This document shows positions 37,225 through 50,230 of a stretch of DNA of 64,000 nucleotides, piece after piece. The translations under genes and the position numbers were made by a program. The notes below the pieces were generated by a model, which worked only from the letters and a program-made list of their open reading frames with translations, was not told the origin of the DNA and searched no databases. Position 1 is the first letter of the stretch; each line of letters starts with the position of its first letter. This DNA comes from Utricularia gibba (lineage: Eukaryota > Plantae > Magnoliophyta): the NCBI GenBank assembly GCA_002189035.1, contig CM007992.1, positions 2,170,001 to 2,234,000 on the forward strand, read 5' to 3'.

Positions 37225-40200
37225 ATGGTGGAAAATAGCACAGCCACCGACCCAGCTCATGACAGAAGTGCCGACGCGCATGACCCCCGGCCTTATGATC
37301 ACTAGTAGGGAGCAACTGAAGGCCCTACTAACGGAAATCCTTACCGATCTCCGGTCACTTTCAGGTCTCAACTCCAACGCTCAGGAGAGAACACCCGAAA
37401 CCGCACCACGAACGGGGAAGCAACCTTTTATTCCGGAGTACCCCCCAGATACGGAGACTGAATTCGAAATAGAGGAGGAGATGCTGCGGAGAAAGAGGCG
37501 CAACCAAGTCGTGTATGAGCCAAGAACTGATAGGGAAACATGACTAGCAAAATCTTGGAAGAAAGAGAAGAAGAGTTGAAAAGAAAGTTAGACCAGATCC
37601 GCGAAAGGAAAAGATTTATCGACAAGCGGTCGTTGACAGGAAGAAGAGAGGATAGAGGCTTCAGGGACGTTTTCGATCAGAACGTATCCACTGGGAGAGG
37701 AGATGTTTTGGCCGATATTGCTTTCGGCTTGAAGAGTGGAGTTGAGGGAGCAGCTGAAACCACAACGCTGCGTTTTGACCCTTTCTCGGACGATTTAGTC
37801 GGAGAAGAGCCCGAGAGAGGATTCAGAGTCCCAGACGGATTACCCATGTATGACGGAAAAGGGGACCCCATATCGCATGTAACTGACTTCGATATGAGGA
37901 TGTCCACGGTTCGACATTCAGAGGCCATGAAGTGTAAGCTGTTTGCGTGGCATCTTTTTGGGAGTTAGTACTGCTCTTCACTACCCGATACGCTGTTAAC
38001 ATTGAAGCTCCACCTTCAAAGGCATCACTATACTCTATTTGTTACGATCACCGAAAAGAGAGCTTGCGATGATTCATCGATCGATTCAACTGCTTGGCGC
38101 AGGATGTCCAATTGGATTTAAAAGAAAGGGTGGAAATAATGAAGCGGGCCTTAGGAACGTCGAAATTGGGACAGAGTCTATCGAAGTCCCCACCAAAGAA
38201 TCTCGGAGAATTGCTAGGAAAAATCATGAAGTACATCCGAGTGGACGACAACCTCAGGACCGAGATGAAAAGCCGCGTGGAGATTCGTCCAGTTCCACAG
38301 CAAGAGACCCAACTTAACCGGGGCCCAGGCCGAATAAGCGCCGTGAAGTATATCAGGTCGAACCAACCAGAACAGATGCCTACTGCGAAATACACAAGAC
38401 TACGGGGCATGATACTGCCCACTGCCGACTGATGAAGAGGATGATCGAGCAATATCATGCTGGTGGGGGATGAACAACGCGATACGGAACCCCGCATCAA
38501 TGACGGACCGGAAAAGAGGACGTAACGAGCGAACGGGGAACGAAGGGAACCGATATCTGAAATTCCCTCCGAAACCGGGGATGGCGAACTCGCGAGCCAA
38601 CAGGGAAAGTTCACGGAGTGCCCATCAAATGCAGGTTAGTCCCCCCTATATTCGGGAAATCCATATGATATCCGGAGGAACCGAGATGGATGTGTCCAGA
38701 AAGGAACAGAAGAGATATTTGGATGAAGTCAGAAGAGGAGAAGTTTTTGAAATCGGAAATGGTCCGATTGAGAAAGCTGCTTGGGAAAAGGAAGAGATCA
38801 GCTTCTCCAACAGAGACGTCTCGGTTGGCCCAGCCGCAAGTGATGAGCCCTTGGTGGTGTCAGGAATATGTGGGAGCACCAAGGTAAGGAGGATTCTTAT
38901 CGATCAAGGATCCTCGTGCAACATCATGAAGAAGGAAGTGGCCGAGTTACTGGCATCATCTAACGAGGGAAATATTCGCCATGTGTGCATGGAGTTGTAC
39001 GCATTCGACCAACGGGCCGTGCAAACTATCGGGAAAATAACCTTTCCCGTAACATTCGGAGCGGCAAGGCGGAGCCGAACCGAGAGGTTGGAATTCTTAA
39101 TCCTAGATTCAGAGATCTCGTACAACATCATCCTCGGGCGACCCGACATCAACCAATTCGGTATGTTACCCTCCACTGTGCATTTGAAAATCAAATTCCC
39201 AACATCGAAGGGCATTTGCACGATGAGTATCGACCAACCCACCGCTCGGTCCTGTTATGTATCTTCCTGTCGGGACCCCTGCGCGAAAAAGTCGAGAGTG
39301 ATGATTGTAGAAAAGGAACCCCCTAGACAAGCAATGGAACCAATAGGGTACAAGTCAGTGCAACTAATACCAGAAGATGCGCAGAAAGCCACCTGCATCG
39401 GTGCCAATCTAGATGCCGGATTCGAGAAAAGGTTAGTTGAACTTTTGATGAAGAACACCGATATTTTTGCCTGGACTGCTGCGGATTTTGTAGGCATTGA
39501 TCGATCCGTCGCTGAACATCACATTGATACCTACCCGAGGGCAAAACCGGTTCGGCAGAAGCAACGACATTTCTCAGAGGAAAAGTGCCGAATTATCAAA
39601 GAAAAAACAAGAGAGCTCTTGGAAGCTGGTTATGTGAAGGAGATCCAGTACTCCGAATGGGTAGCCAACCCGGTCGTCGTCCCGAAGCCTGGGGGAAAAT
39701 GGAGGATGTGCATTGACTTCACCGACCTCAACGCCTGTTGCGAAAGGGACCCTTATCCTTTGCCAAAGATCGACAGGCTAGTGGACGCCATTGCCGGATC
39801 ACGATTTCTGAGCACCATGGATGCCTATTCGGGGTATCATCAAATTTTCATTGCAGAGAAAGACCAACCGAAAACCACCTTCTACACTAAGGGTGGGGTT
39901 TACTGCTACGTGGCAATGCCTTTCGGATTGAAGAATGCTGGGCGACTTACCAGAGGTTGGTAAATAAAATATTCTCTTCTGAAATCGGTACCTCAATGGA
40001 GGTGTATGTGGACGATATGATCGTGAAATCTATGAATAAAGAAGACCATTTAGCGTATTTGGATTCGTGTTTCTCTTTATGTAGGTCATACGGGTTAAAG
40101 CTCAACCCATTGAAATGTTGCTTCGGGGTGCAAAGTGGAAAATTCCTTGGGTATTACGTATCGGAGAGAGGAATCGAGGCTGACCTCGAGAAGATTAAGG

Positions 40201-42567
40201 CAATATGCGAAATGCAACCCCCGAGGACAATCAAGGAATACCAGAGCCTCACGGGTAAATTGGCTGCCCTCAGCAGTTTCATATCTCGGTCAGCCGATAA
40301 GTCGGCATCCTTCTTCAAGGTCTTGCGAAAGGGAAGCGCTTTAGAATGGAACGAGGATTGCTTTTGAGAAACTCAAGGAATATCTCTCATCACCCTAGCT
40401 TCTTATGGCTCCAAAAGTAGGGGAGCCCTTAGGACTATATCTATCTATATCGCCCGTTGCAGTCAGCGCAGTCTTGACAACCATCTCGGTAGATAATCAC
40501 TTGCCGGTGTATTATGTAAGCAAAGTTTTGTTACCAGCCGAAACCCGCTATACGGTGACAGAAAAATTCATCTTGGCTCTGAAGATGGCAGCCACCAAAT
40601 TGAGGTCATATTTCCAAGATCGGCATTTTGTGGTATTCACCAATCAGCCTCTGAAGAACATCCTGTCTCGTCCAGAGATTTCCGGAAGGGTTGCCAAATG
40701 GGCAGTTGAATTAAGTACAATGGATATTAAGTTTAAGTCGAGAACAACAATCAAGGCCCAACCTCTTGCTGATTTTGTGGTCGAAATGACTAGGCCTATA
40801 GACCGTTTCATGGAAGCCAATGACCGATGGGCTATGTACGTGGATGGCTCAACATGCAACGGCGCCGGAGGAGGAATAGACATTAGGACCTAAGAAGGAG
40901 AGCCTATTTGTATTACGGTGAAATTCTTATTCCCTGCCTCCAACAATGTGGCCGAATATGAAGCCCTGATTGAGGGAATGAAAATTTCCAAGGAGCTGGG
41001 AGTGGCAGAACTCAGTGTTTACACCGATTCGCGACTTGTGCAAGGGCAGTTTTCGGGAGAATACGAAACCCATGACTCCCTCATGGCTCTGTACCGTGTC
41101 CAAGTGAAGGAATTGGCTAAAACCTTCAAGGAGTTCACCCTGTCGCACGTAGCACGTGAGAAAAACGGGTCCGCGGATAGCCTCGCCCGATTCGCAGCAG
41201 AGTTTCACGAGTTAAGGGAAGGAAGTGTGACAATTCGGTTGCGGGACCAACCTTCGGTGAGCCTACGAGCTGTGAATCATATCACCCAGCAACCGGGAAA
41301 CGATGTCTCTTCACAACTGAGTCCCCTTGATGACTGGATGACTCCCTACATCCGGTATTTACAAAATGGGAAAACCCCATCTGATAAGCCGAAAGCCCGA
41401 CAATTAGAGACTAGAGTGCAGAGGTATACGTTAGTGAATGGAATTCTCTATCGCAAATCCTTAGATGGACCCTTATTGAGGTGCATCGGGGCAAAGCACT
41501 CTCAAGAACTCATAACCGATCTACATGAGGGTGAATGTGGCAGCCATATTGGAATACGATCCTTATGCAGGAAAGTTCTAAGGACCGGGTACTACTGACC
41601 AACTATGAAGCAGGATATTACCGATATGGTGAATAAGTGCAAAGTGTGCCAATACCATGCAAGTATACCAAGAAAACCAGTAAGCAAACTGACCTCTCTT
41701 CCACTCTCCTGCCCCTTCGACCGATGGGGGGTGGACATAATGGGGCCTTTCCCCCACACCTCGGGTCAAAGGAAATTCGACATCGTGGGTGTCGAGTATT
41801 TTTCCAAGTGGGTAGAGGCTGAAGCTATGTCAAAGATCTCGGAGGAGACCGTTATCCGATTTCTGTGGAAAAACATCTTCACCCGGTTCGGAATGCCTCA
41901 AGAGCTAGTGACTGATAACGGAACTCAATTCGCCGGGGGAAAAATGGATGCATTCCTGGATAAGTATTCAGTCAAGCACAACTTCACCTCGGTATATCAC
42001 CCGCAAAGCAATGGCCTCACAGAGGTAACGAACCGAACGCTTCGACTAGGTATGAAGACTAAGCTCGAAGATTTTGGGGGTCATGGGCAGATCGCTTAGA
42101 TGAGGTACTGTGGTCATATCGCACTACCCCTCGAACCACCACGGAAGAGTCCCCATTCTTATTGGTTTACGGTTCAGAAGCCATATGCCCTATCGAACTG
42201 ACCTTGAAGAGCTACCGGGTAGAGGGTAGAGCATTATAATAAAGAAGAGAATACTAAACTCCGAAAACTGGAATTGGAGCTGTTGGAAGAGAAGCGACGA
42301 AGCATCTATAGCCAACTAGGGGCTTATCAGAGAAGAACGGAGAAGAGTTACGACAACTCGGTATCCCCAAGGGAATTCTCCGAGGGAGATTTGATGCTCC
42401 GAAGCATCCAACCACAAAGACACGTCGAGAAATTAGACCGCAACTGGGAAGGCCCTTATCGGATTTCAAGGGTGATCGGAAAAGGAGCATATCGCCTGGA
42501 ACAATTAGATGGCGTGGAACTCCCAAGGTCGTGGAACGCATCGCATCTAAGGAAGTTCTACGCCTAA
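37225..42567 (+). pseudogene. gag-pol of the Retand-like element (disrupted)
   Basis: Gag (FRVPDGLPMYDGKGDP), PR (ILIDQGSSCN), RT (WRMCIDFTDLN...YVDDMIV), RH, second RH (YVDGS...SNNVAEYEAL...DSRLV) and INT (H...H...CxxC, WGVDIMGPF, TDNGTQF). It carries in-frame stops (40891, 41596), a 7-bp duplication near 42220 and several frameshifts. Confidence 0.95.
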
Positions 42568-43368
42568 CCGACTCAATATCAATCTCTGTCACAAGATTCG
42601 GCATTCTCTTCCCCAAAGCACTCATGCACCTATAAATTCCTCCGAAATGGAGATGGGAAAACAAAACACAAGCCCTGGTCGAATCGCGTAAGCCCAGGCA
42701 GACCATCAAAGATCTAAAGCTCTGGCCAAGTAACGTAAGCCCAGGCGAATCTCCTAAATCGGAGTCCCCTGCGGGATATAGCAAATCGACTCGGGGTCTC
42801 CCTCGATATATATATGCGATCCACCAACCCAGGCGTCAATAGTAAGAATAAGCCCTGGTACGATTCGGGCACCGGTTTATGTAAACCGCACGCATAAGCC
42901 CCAAAAAGCCCTTAAGTATTGACCTTATTGTCGGAATCTCGAGGCGGCAAGAGCACCCGAAGCAAACCCACCCATGTTCAAAACTATGGGGTGTGGCCAG
43001 AAGAGGGCCCTTTCGGATTGGGGAAGTCGCTCAACCCATGAGGGGTTTCAACCTACTTCCCTAGCAGCGGTTTAGCTCGCATGAGGAAATACTAAGGCAA
43101 ACTAAAATAAAAAAGCCCAATCAAAGGGTTGGCGAAAAGACATCCACCCCCAAATCACAAAAGCATAGGCGAACTTTCTAAGCCTAAACACGTGATAGAC
43201 ATAACAAACCAACTCAGGGCTTCCCCCGAAATGTGATATCATCAAAGGTAGGAATGATGCACAAAAAATGGAGCAAATCAGAAGGAAATCCCGAATCGGG
43301 ATATCAAAAATGTTCGAGAGGCCCCACAGCAGGGGGAAAATACATCAAGTTAAAAAAAATAAAAGTCA

Positions 43369-45606
43369 CTAAAGTGCTGTAGGAGATGGGGGATTAATGG
43401 GAGGATTGGTAGAGGAACCGGTATGTCGCTCCATCATGTCCCTTAACTTGGCGTCATTCTCTCGCCCTATCCTCGCCCGAATTAGCGCAATCAGCCGCTC
43501 CCGATCAGCTTCGAACCCAAACTCCGGGGCCTGGAAAGTATCCGCGATAACATCAAGCATGTTCTCATCCTTCGTCAAGGGGTTTATCCTGTCGAAGCGC
43601 GGATCCATGATTGAAAGCCCAAATTCCCGACTGAACTGTCGTCTCTGACGGTATAGAAGTAAGCCGATTAAATCTCCTACATAGATATCAGAGAGTTCGG
43701 TAAAACAGGCCGAGTTGACAAAGTCATCCAGAAGACCCTGCCGAGATGCTTGTCGATCAAGTAATTCAGCCTCCAATGCTGAAATGCGGCCCCTGGCATG
43801 CTCTAACTCCGCTTCTACCTCTTCAAATCGGACTTTGAAGCCCTCTCTCTCTAATTTAGTGTCGTCAACCGCCTTTCCCATTTCCTTGATCACATTCCGC
43901 AGTTCTTCCTCCTGGCGGCTGCGTTTCCCTAAAACAGTTTTCAGCGAACTCCCCTCCTTCTCCAACAACTTTATCTGGGCGCTCTGAGCCACAACTTGGG
44001 CTTGAACCCGAGAGACTTCCTCCGATTGACAGCCAATCTCTCTAACCATTCCCCACCCAAGAGTCAGAGTCTGAAAGAATATTCCAAGTCAAGGACCGAC
44101 TATTTAGAATTTAGTAGAGGAAATGGGATACGTACCTGCCAGATCCCTTCAAGTACCGTCTCCGGCTGAACACCCGAGGTACTAGACATAGCTCCATCCA
44201 GGATTCCCCTTAGTTCAGCTGGAACTGAGGGTAGAGGAAGCACCCGGTTGTCCCTTACTTCTACGAGGGTAGAATCCCTCTGTAACTCGATTGGAAGAGC
44301 CGATGTTGAAGCACCAGCCGAAAAGAATCTTGCATCGGGAATAGGAGTATCGCTGAGATCGGGTGATGGAGGAAGTTTCTCTTTCGTTTTCCCGGCTGAA
44401 GGACGGGAAGTCAACTCCCGGGTCTCGGAGACTTCTACTACTTGATCTTCCCCCGAGGAAGGATCAGCAGCGTCCAACTGAGCTCCAATCGTATCAGCCT
44501 GAAAGAAAAACCGAAAAAAGGTTATAATCGGGAATTCGCAGTAACTGTTAAATAGGAGACAGACTAGTGCAGGGGAGGGCTCCTCAGGTTCCTACATCCT
44601 CTGCATCTCGGCAGAGAACCGCACCATCACCGAATCTTCCAGAGAGCTTCTTCGAGCCATCTCTTCAGCTGAAAACGAAAGTAGGAAAAGCAATAAGGCA
44701 TAGTGCCGATTCTGAGACTCGGGAAAGCTGAACCCGACTACCTCTTTGCCTCTTTGAGGGTTTGTGCGCAACTGCCTTAACCCTCTTCTTTTTCTTGGGG
44801 GCCCCGGTTTGAACAGGTGGGGGAATCGGAGGTGAAGCCGAAACAAGAGGGAAGGATGAAGAGGGGCTAAGAGGAAGGCTCCTCGAATCGGTGCTGTCGA
44901 AAGGAATGATATCGAGCAAATGGAGGTCTTGAAAACTACCGATAATACCTGATCTTTTCAAAGACTCACTCGAGAACATCAAGGCACGAGACTCATACCG
45001 AACTGAGCCCCGACTAAGCCTCTCATAAAGGACTTCACGCGATTCGGAAGAAGACCGATACGCTCCCAAGATCTTGATCTTGAAAGGAGTTGGGGGATCG
45101 ACTGGGAAGTTCCACCGAAAACCCAAAGGGGGAGCTATCCAAACGAAAGAAGACCACCAATCATGATGGGTATCGGGGGCTTTAACAACAAAGTTGGGGT
45201 TATCTTTGAATCGGCGGAATTGAAAGTGAGATCGGCCATCCATCGGGGACTTAGCTTTACGAACGGCTATCTTGAAGAGATGACAGAAGTCTACCAGAGT
45301 CATAGCCGGATCCATACCGGCTGAATAGAAAAGGAAAGTAGTAAAGCGGAATATGGAATTCGGGGCGAGACAATAAATCAGAATTGCAAAGGTATAGAGA
45401 AAACGGACTATTAAAGGGTAAAGAGGGAAGCGTAAACCGCTTTCGAAATAGGCAAGTGGAATTGGGAGACTGAACGGAGGCAGGGGGTCCTCACCTACCC
45501 CCCAAGGGATTTTAGTATCCCAAGCATGAGAAAGCTGGTACTCATCAGGGATCGAGTACCGAATGCGTAGGGAGGGGATGTTTAGTTCACTAGATCTCCT
45601 ACCCAT
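43369..45606 (-). CDS. Predicted spliced antisense accessory gene of the Retand-like element; exons 45606-44742, 44668-44596, 44498-44136, 44070-43369; about 667 aa if one base is restored
   Basis: N-terminal Transposase_28-like segment (LAYFESGLRFPL...LAPNS), basic NLS-like PKKKKRVK...KPSKRQR, Ser/Pro-rich linker and a long heptad-rich coiled coil. Three GT-AG introns (73, 97, 65 bp); junctions 1 and 3 are in frame and junction 2 is one base short. Confidence 0.7.
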
Positions 45607-46090
45607 TTTTAAAGAAGCCCAAAACCCTAGAACGAGACAGGAGTCAGGAAGGGGGAAGGACTTAGAATGACAAGGGGACCCATCAAAAATCCCAAAAGAC
45701 CGAACGGAAAAGACGAAGAATCGAATGATACCTGGAAAATTGGCAGTTTCCGACGGATATCGTGACAATCGAGCAGCGGACGAGTGTGATGGAGCATGGA
45801 GGGCACAAAACTCTTGCAGGCAACAAAGAGGGCAAAGTAAAGAACTGACGCAAAGGGCACTTATTTTTACCGGAAAGGTTAGGGAGACGAAGCGTCGTGA
45901 CGTTTGGGGTACCCAGAATGAGTGGGAAAAAACGTGGCGTGCTTATGAGCCGACGCATGGCAGAGATATCGGAACAAAGCGGTTTGTGGCTCATGCGAAC
46001 AAGGCGGCAACTTGGAAGTCGGCATTGTGGTGATTCTGATTCCCCGATTTATCCTAGAAGGGCCAATATCGGCAAATCAGAGGGCTTGAA

Positions 46091-46618
46091 TGATAGGGGA
46101 TAAACCGGTCGAAAATAATCGGTTCCTAAAAGGCTGCCAAAAGAGATCCCGAGGGGATAACACCAGACGACAGATCGACATCTGTCAGAAATCTGACAGG
46201 TATGGCCATATGACACAGTCTGAAAAGCGGCCGAATTACGGCATGACAAGTTGCCGATATCTGAAAAGCGAGATCGTATAGTAGGAGCAGAAAGCAACCG
46301 ATATTTGCAGACACCAGAATTCGGTTAGCGTGAGCTCTCCTATAAATAGGAGGAATTATGATGAAAGGGGGTTGGACTCAAAAAGATTTCTTCAAGTTGT
46401 ATTCTCCTTTTCGCGACCTCCATTTAGTGAAACTCTTTTCCGGCGAGCTCCGGCAGCTCCGTGGTTTTTCCGCTCTCCGGCGGTTTCCACGTAAAAAATC
46501 CTTCCTCACTCTTATTTTAATCGTACCAATCGTGAAGAAGGTGACTAAGTGTGGCATTCCCGACCGCGCCTATCACCTAAAATCGGCCTCTCACTGGATA
46601 CCGATTTCACCCATAACA
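46091..46618 (+). repeat. 3' LTR of the Retand-like element
   Basis: Direct repeat of 36618-37146 with 21 substitutions and 1 indel by manual count. Confidence 0.97.
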
Positions 46619-46879
46619 AAATGTTTATAATAAATTTAGTAGACTTTTAATATAAAGTATATATGACAAAAATGGTTGATGATGAAGTGAAAAATAATGT
46701 GATATGTATGAAATATTTTTAAATGAATTTTTAGAGTATTTTTTTTTTTAATTTCGAGAAACTAGTTGTAACAAAAATTTCATGGGTTAGAGGTAATCTA
46801 CAATTGCTTGAATTCATGGTTTCACGATGCACAATGTTTGGAATCTATTAGATTCAAGAACTCATCGAAAATTGAAACC

Positions 46880-47080
46880 AAAATCAGATTTTTATGGACC
46901 CTCTGCCAACGTTCTTTATCATTTGCATAAGGACGTATGGGTTCTTCTCCTGCACTCTATTGCAGAGGTTCGAAGGCTCTATTTCCCTGCCACCTTTGCG
47001 CAAGTAGAACATACGCATCTTTTGTAAATGCCTAATCACATGCACATTCCAAGACTGATTTTCGACACCTAGTTGGCTCT
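46880..47080 (-). mobile_element. Possible FAR1/MULE SWIM zinc-finger remnant
   Basis: Frame-broken CRK..SLGMC..HVIRHL-like pattern. Weak. Confidence 0.3.
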
Positions 47081-48180
47081 TCCGACATATGATATACATA
47101 TATGACCTACATTTAGGAATGGATGCTTTTGGATTTTTTTTAAAAAAATTCAAAACGAACAACAACAAAACAATAATATAGGTTTTAAAACAATATCAAG
47201 TTATGGATTTAAATTAAGAGTCTATCAATACAATAGCTTGCCTCTATGTGTAAGCACAACTCAAGACTCAATTGCACTAGTTTTCATGATGTTATTTTAA
47301 AGTAATGATATTCGATAATTGTTATAAAATCTTCTTTATTTAATAAAATTATTAAATTAATTATGCCATTAGATTCATTTTACCTCCTATAATAATTTAT
47401 TATTATGCATACACATATTTGACTCTAGAAAACAAAACATATTGAGACTTAACATAATATTTTTAACACCAACTGTTTACATACACATATTTGACTCTAG
47501 AACACAAAAAATATAAAAAACTAAAAGCAAATTAAAATCTCAAAATCAATACTTTATTATAAGATTACAAGAATGATCCATAAACACTACCATACTCTCC
47601 CAAAATTTGGTGCTCATATTCATAAATAGAGGGAAAAATTTGATGTGCCTTTATCAAATTTTTTACCTGTATTATATTTAAATTTTTTTTCTAAAATTAT
47701 TTTCAAATATTTACCAAAGTTTCAAATTTTAGATCAAATTTTCATCATTAGACGTCCTCTTGCACCCTATTTTGATCGTTAGTATGTCCACGTAAATTGG
47801 ATCATGATCTAACCTTATTTTAAAAAATTATAAAATATATTTTAATTTCTAAAAGATCAAATTAATATCAAATATATAAAAATTATTTAAAAAATATTGA
47901 AAAAATATAAAATAAACGTAAATCTATTATTAAGCTTTTTTTTTTTTTATTTAACCCAAAATTATAGGGAGAGAAATAAAAATCCAGAAATGTAGAGATC
48001 TAAACAAAAAATAACTATCAATTTCCATTTGAGTCATTGTATATTTAATATTAGGCTTTGTCTTTATCTTCCAAATTTATATCAGAATAATTTATTAAAT
48101 AATTTTACATGTTTATCTTAAATTTTATATATGTGAAAAAAATTAGTTATGAAAATTATTTAAATTTTAAGATGCTATAT

Positions 48181-48186
<6 letters not shown>

Positions 48187-48214
<28 letters not shown>
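48187..48214. repeat. (AT)n microsatellite, about 14 units
   Basis: Direct reading of the sequence. Confidence 0.95.
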
Positions 48215-48218
<4 letters not shown>

Positions 48219-49659
48219 TCTTAATACTATGTTTTTGCCTATTTTAAATATTGAATCGTTATTTATTGTTAATGTTTGGTCGCTCTCATTTTACACTCTG
48301 CGGAATTTGGCATGTGATTAAAGTTGGGGCCTAGTGGGGCAATAGATCTACGTAGATCCTTGAGGCCACCGGCAACGCATCCGATGAAAGAAGACTTCCG
48401 TTTGATGTCTCAAACTTCGACCCACGTGAGTTTCTACATCAACCACGACACGCGTAAGTCCTGTGTTGTGATTTGTCTGGAGCGCCAAGCCAACTATCGA
48501 AGTTCTGCATATTTTGGTGGATGATCGCGGCGGGGACGCCAAGAACCGAAGGGCCACGTGTTTCAAGTGATCGCCATTTACTTGTGCTCTGTCAAATCTG
48601 CCATCCCTCGAAACCTCCGTACCTCTTCACTTCAATTGTTTCTTATTTTGTCGAATTCGAGACCACCCCCATTTCTCGAACTAATTGGGGTTCATCCATT
48701 TCCTCTCTCTGTTCCTCTCTCATCTGCCTTTCAATCCTATACAGGGGAGTTCCCTTTGTTGTTTCCAGAATTCGGTATGTTTTGTTGACAGTGATAATCC
48801 AATCAAGGACTCGGCTAAGGCACTGATGGCATCTCTGATTGAAATCAAAGTGAATTACAAAGACAGTCATAATAAAAAAAATAAGAAGAAGAAGGGCAAT
48901 TCAAGAATCTGAGCTTAATCGTCTTAGGCCTGAACCTGAGTTATGGCACAAAAGACTTAGGCATCATCACTATGGCTTGATTAATACCTTACACATCAGG
49001 AGAAGTTTTCTCGTATTTGTCTTCAGTTCAAGCAAATTATCATGTCATTCCCAAAAATTGGCTCAACCGCCTTCCATAAGCTGGATGTAGTGGTCATAAA
49101 TGTGTGTGTATCTATGAATATTGCGACCAATGGAGTAAACATATATTATGTTCTATTTATACATGAATTCTCTAAATATACATGGATCTATCTACTTAAA
49201 ATAAAAATCTGAAATTCTTCACGACTTCAAGATATTAAAACTATTCTAGAAACCTAGAGCGGTAGAAAAATACTTACTTTAAGATCCAAAAATGGAGGAA
49301 AATACTCTTCTATTAAGCTGAAAGATATCTGCAAGGTCAATGAAACCATGTACTAATTCACAACTTCTTGCACACTATAACAAAATGGAATGTGTGAAAG
49401 AAAAAATTAGACCATTATGAATATGGCGAGATATCTCTTATATGAGAAGAATGTACCTTTGCGATTCTAGGAAGTCAATGAACACACTATATATATACTC
49501 AATCACCTACCTACAAAAGGAACGAAAGGAAGAAAATCACCATATGAGCTTTGGTTTAATAAAAAACCAGACCTGAAACATTTAAGAATATTCAAATCAG
49601 TTTGTTACATTCGCAATCCAAAGGAATTAAGGGCCAAGCTGGATAAAAGATCAAATATA

Positions 49660-50230
49660 TGTGAGCCTCAAGCCTTAAGGTGTGAGGCCAATAATCTAGG
49701 TGAAGTTACTCAGCCCAATGCCCAAGCTAATGGTTAATTAATTTGGTGAAGGAATAAATGCACTTAGGACGACGCATTGACGGTTTAGATAGAGAGAGAA
49801 GAAAAAAACTAGGACCTTCTTCCTCATTGGATTTCATCAAGAATAAGGAGATGTTCTTTCTTTGATCCTTCATCAGGTTTCAATCTCACTTGATTCGCGA
49901 ACAAGGCAATCTTCATGTTATCAAATGCATTGTGTTCTTTTCATAAGTTGAAATCATTTCAGTTCAGCTTGGCCAGTTGATCTTGTAATTAGAGCTTGTT
50001 TGCTCTTGTATCGGAAACGAAGTTTAGTGGATATTTTATATCTTGGTTTGGATTCACCTATGGTTTTCCCCGCAAGGGTTTTCACATTAAAAATTACCCT
50101 GTATTCTTTACAGAATTGCAGATTTTATGGTTTGGTTGCTCTTTTCTCGGTTGCATTACAGGTTGCCTACCCTTATAGAAAGTTGAAAGTACTAGTAAGG
50201 CATACCATGTTCCAAATCTCACCTCTAACA
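49660..50230 (+). mobile_element. Solo-LTR-like insertion
   Basis: Noncoding block from TGTGAGCC to CCTCTAACA, between copia residues AKLDKRSNI and VELSRNVVVDE. No TSD found. Confidence 0.5.

Larger units (their letters stand above)
36618..46618 (+). mobile_element. Complete Ty3/gypsy LTR retrotransposon, Tat clade (Retand-like), 10.0 kb
   Basis: TG...CA LTRs of 529 and 528 bp, perfect AAATG TSD and tRNA-Lys-type PBS. Domain order is PR-RT-RH-second (archaeal-type) RH-INT, with antisense ORFs before the 3' LTR. Confidence 0.96.

Noticed and set aside
38455-38480. Programmed ribosomal frameshift at the gag-pol junction
   Set aside because: There is no canonical slippery heptamer, and the same one-G deficit occurs at several unrelated sites, so error or mutation is simpler.
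48345-48358. Perfect 14-bp palindrome GATCTACGTAGATC
   Set aside because: It is a single short palindrome with no supporting context and is plausible by chance in 64 kb.
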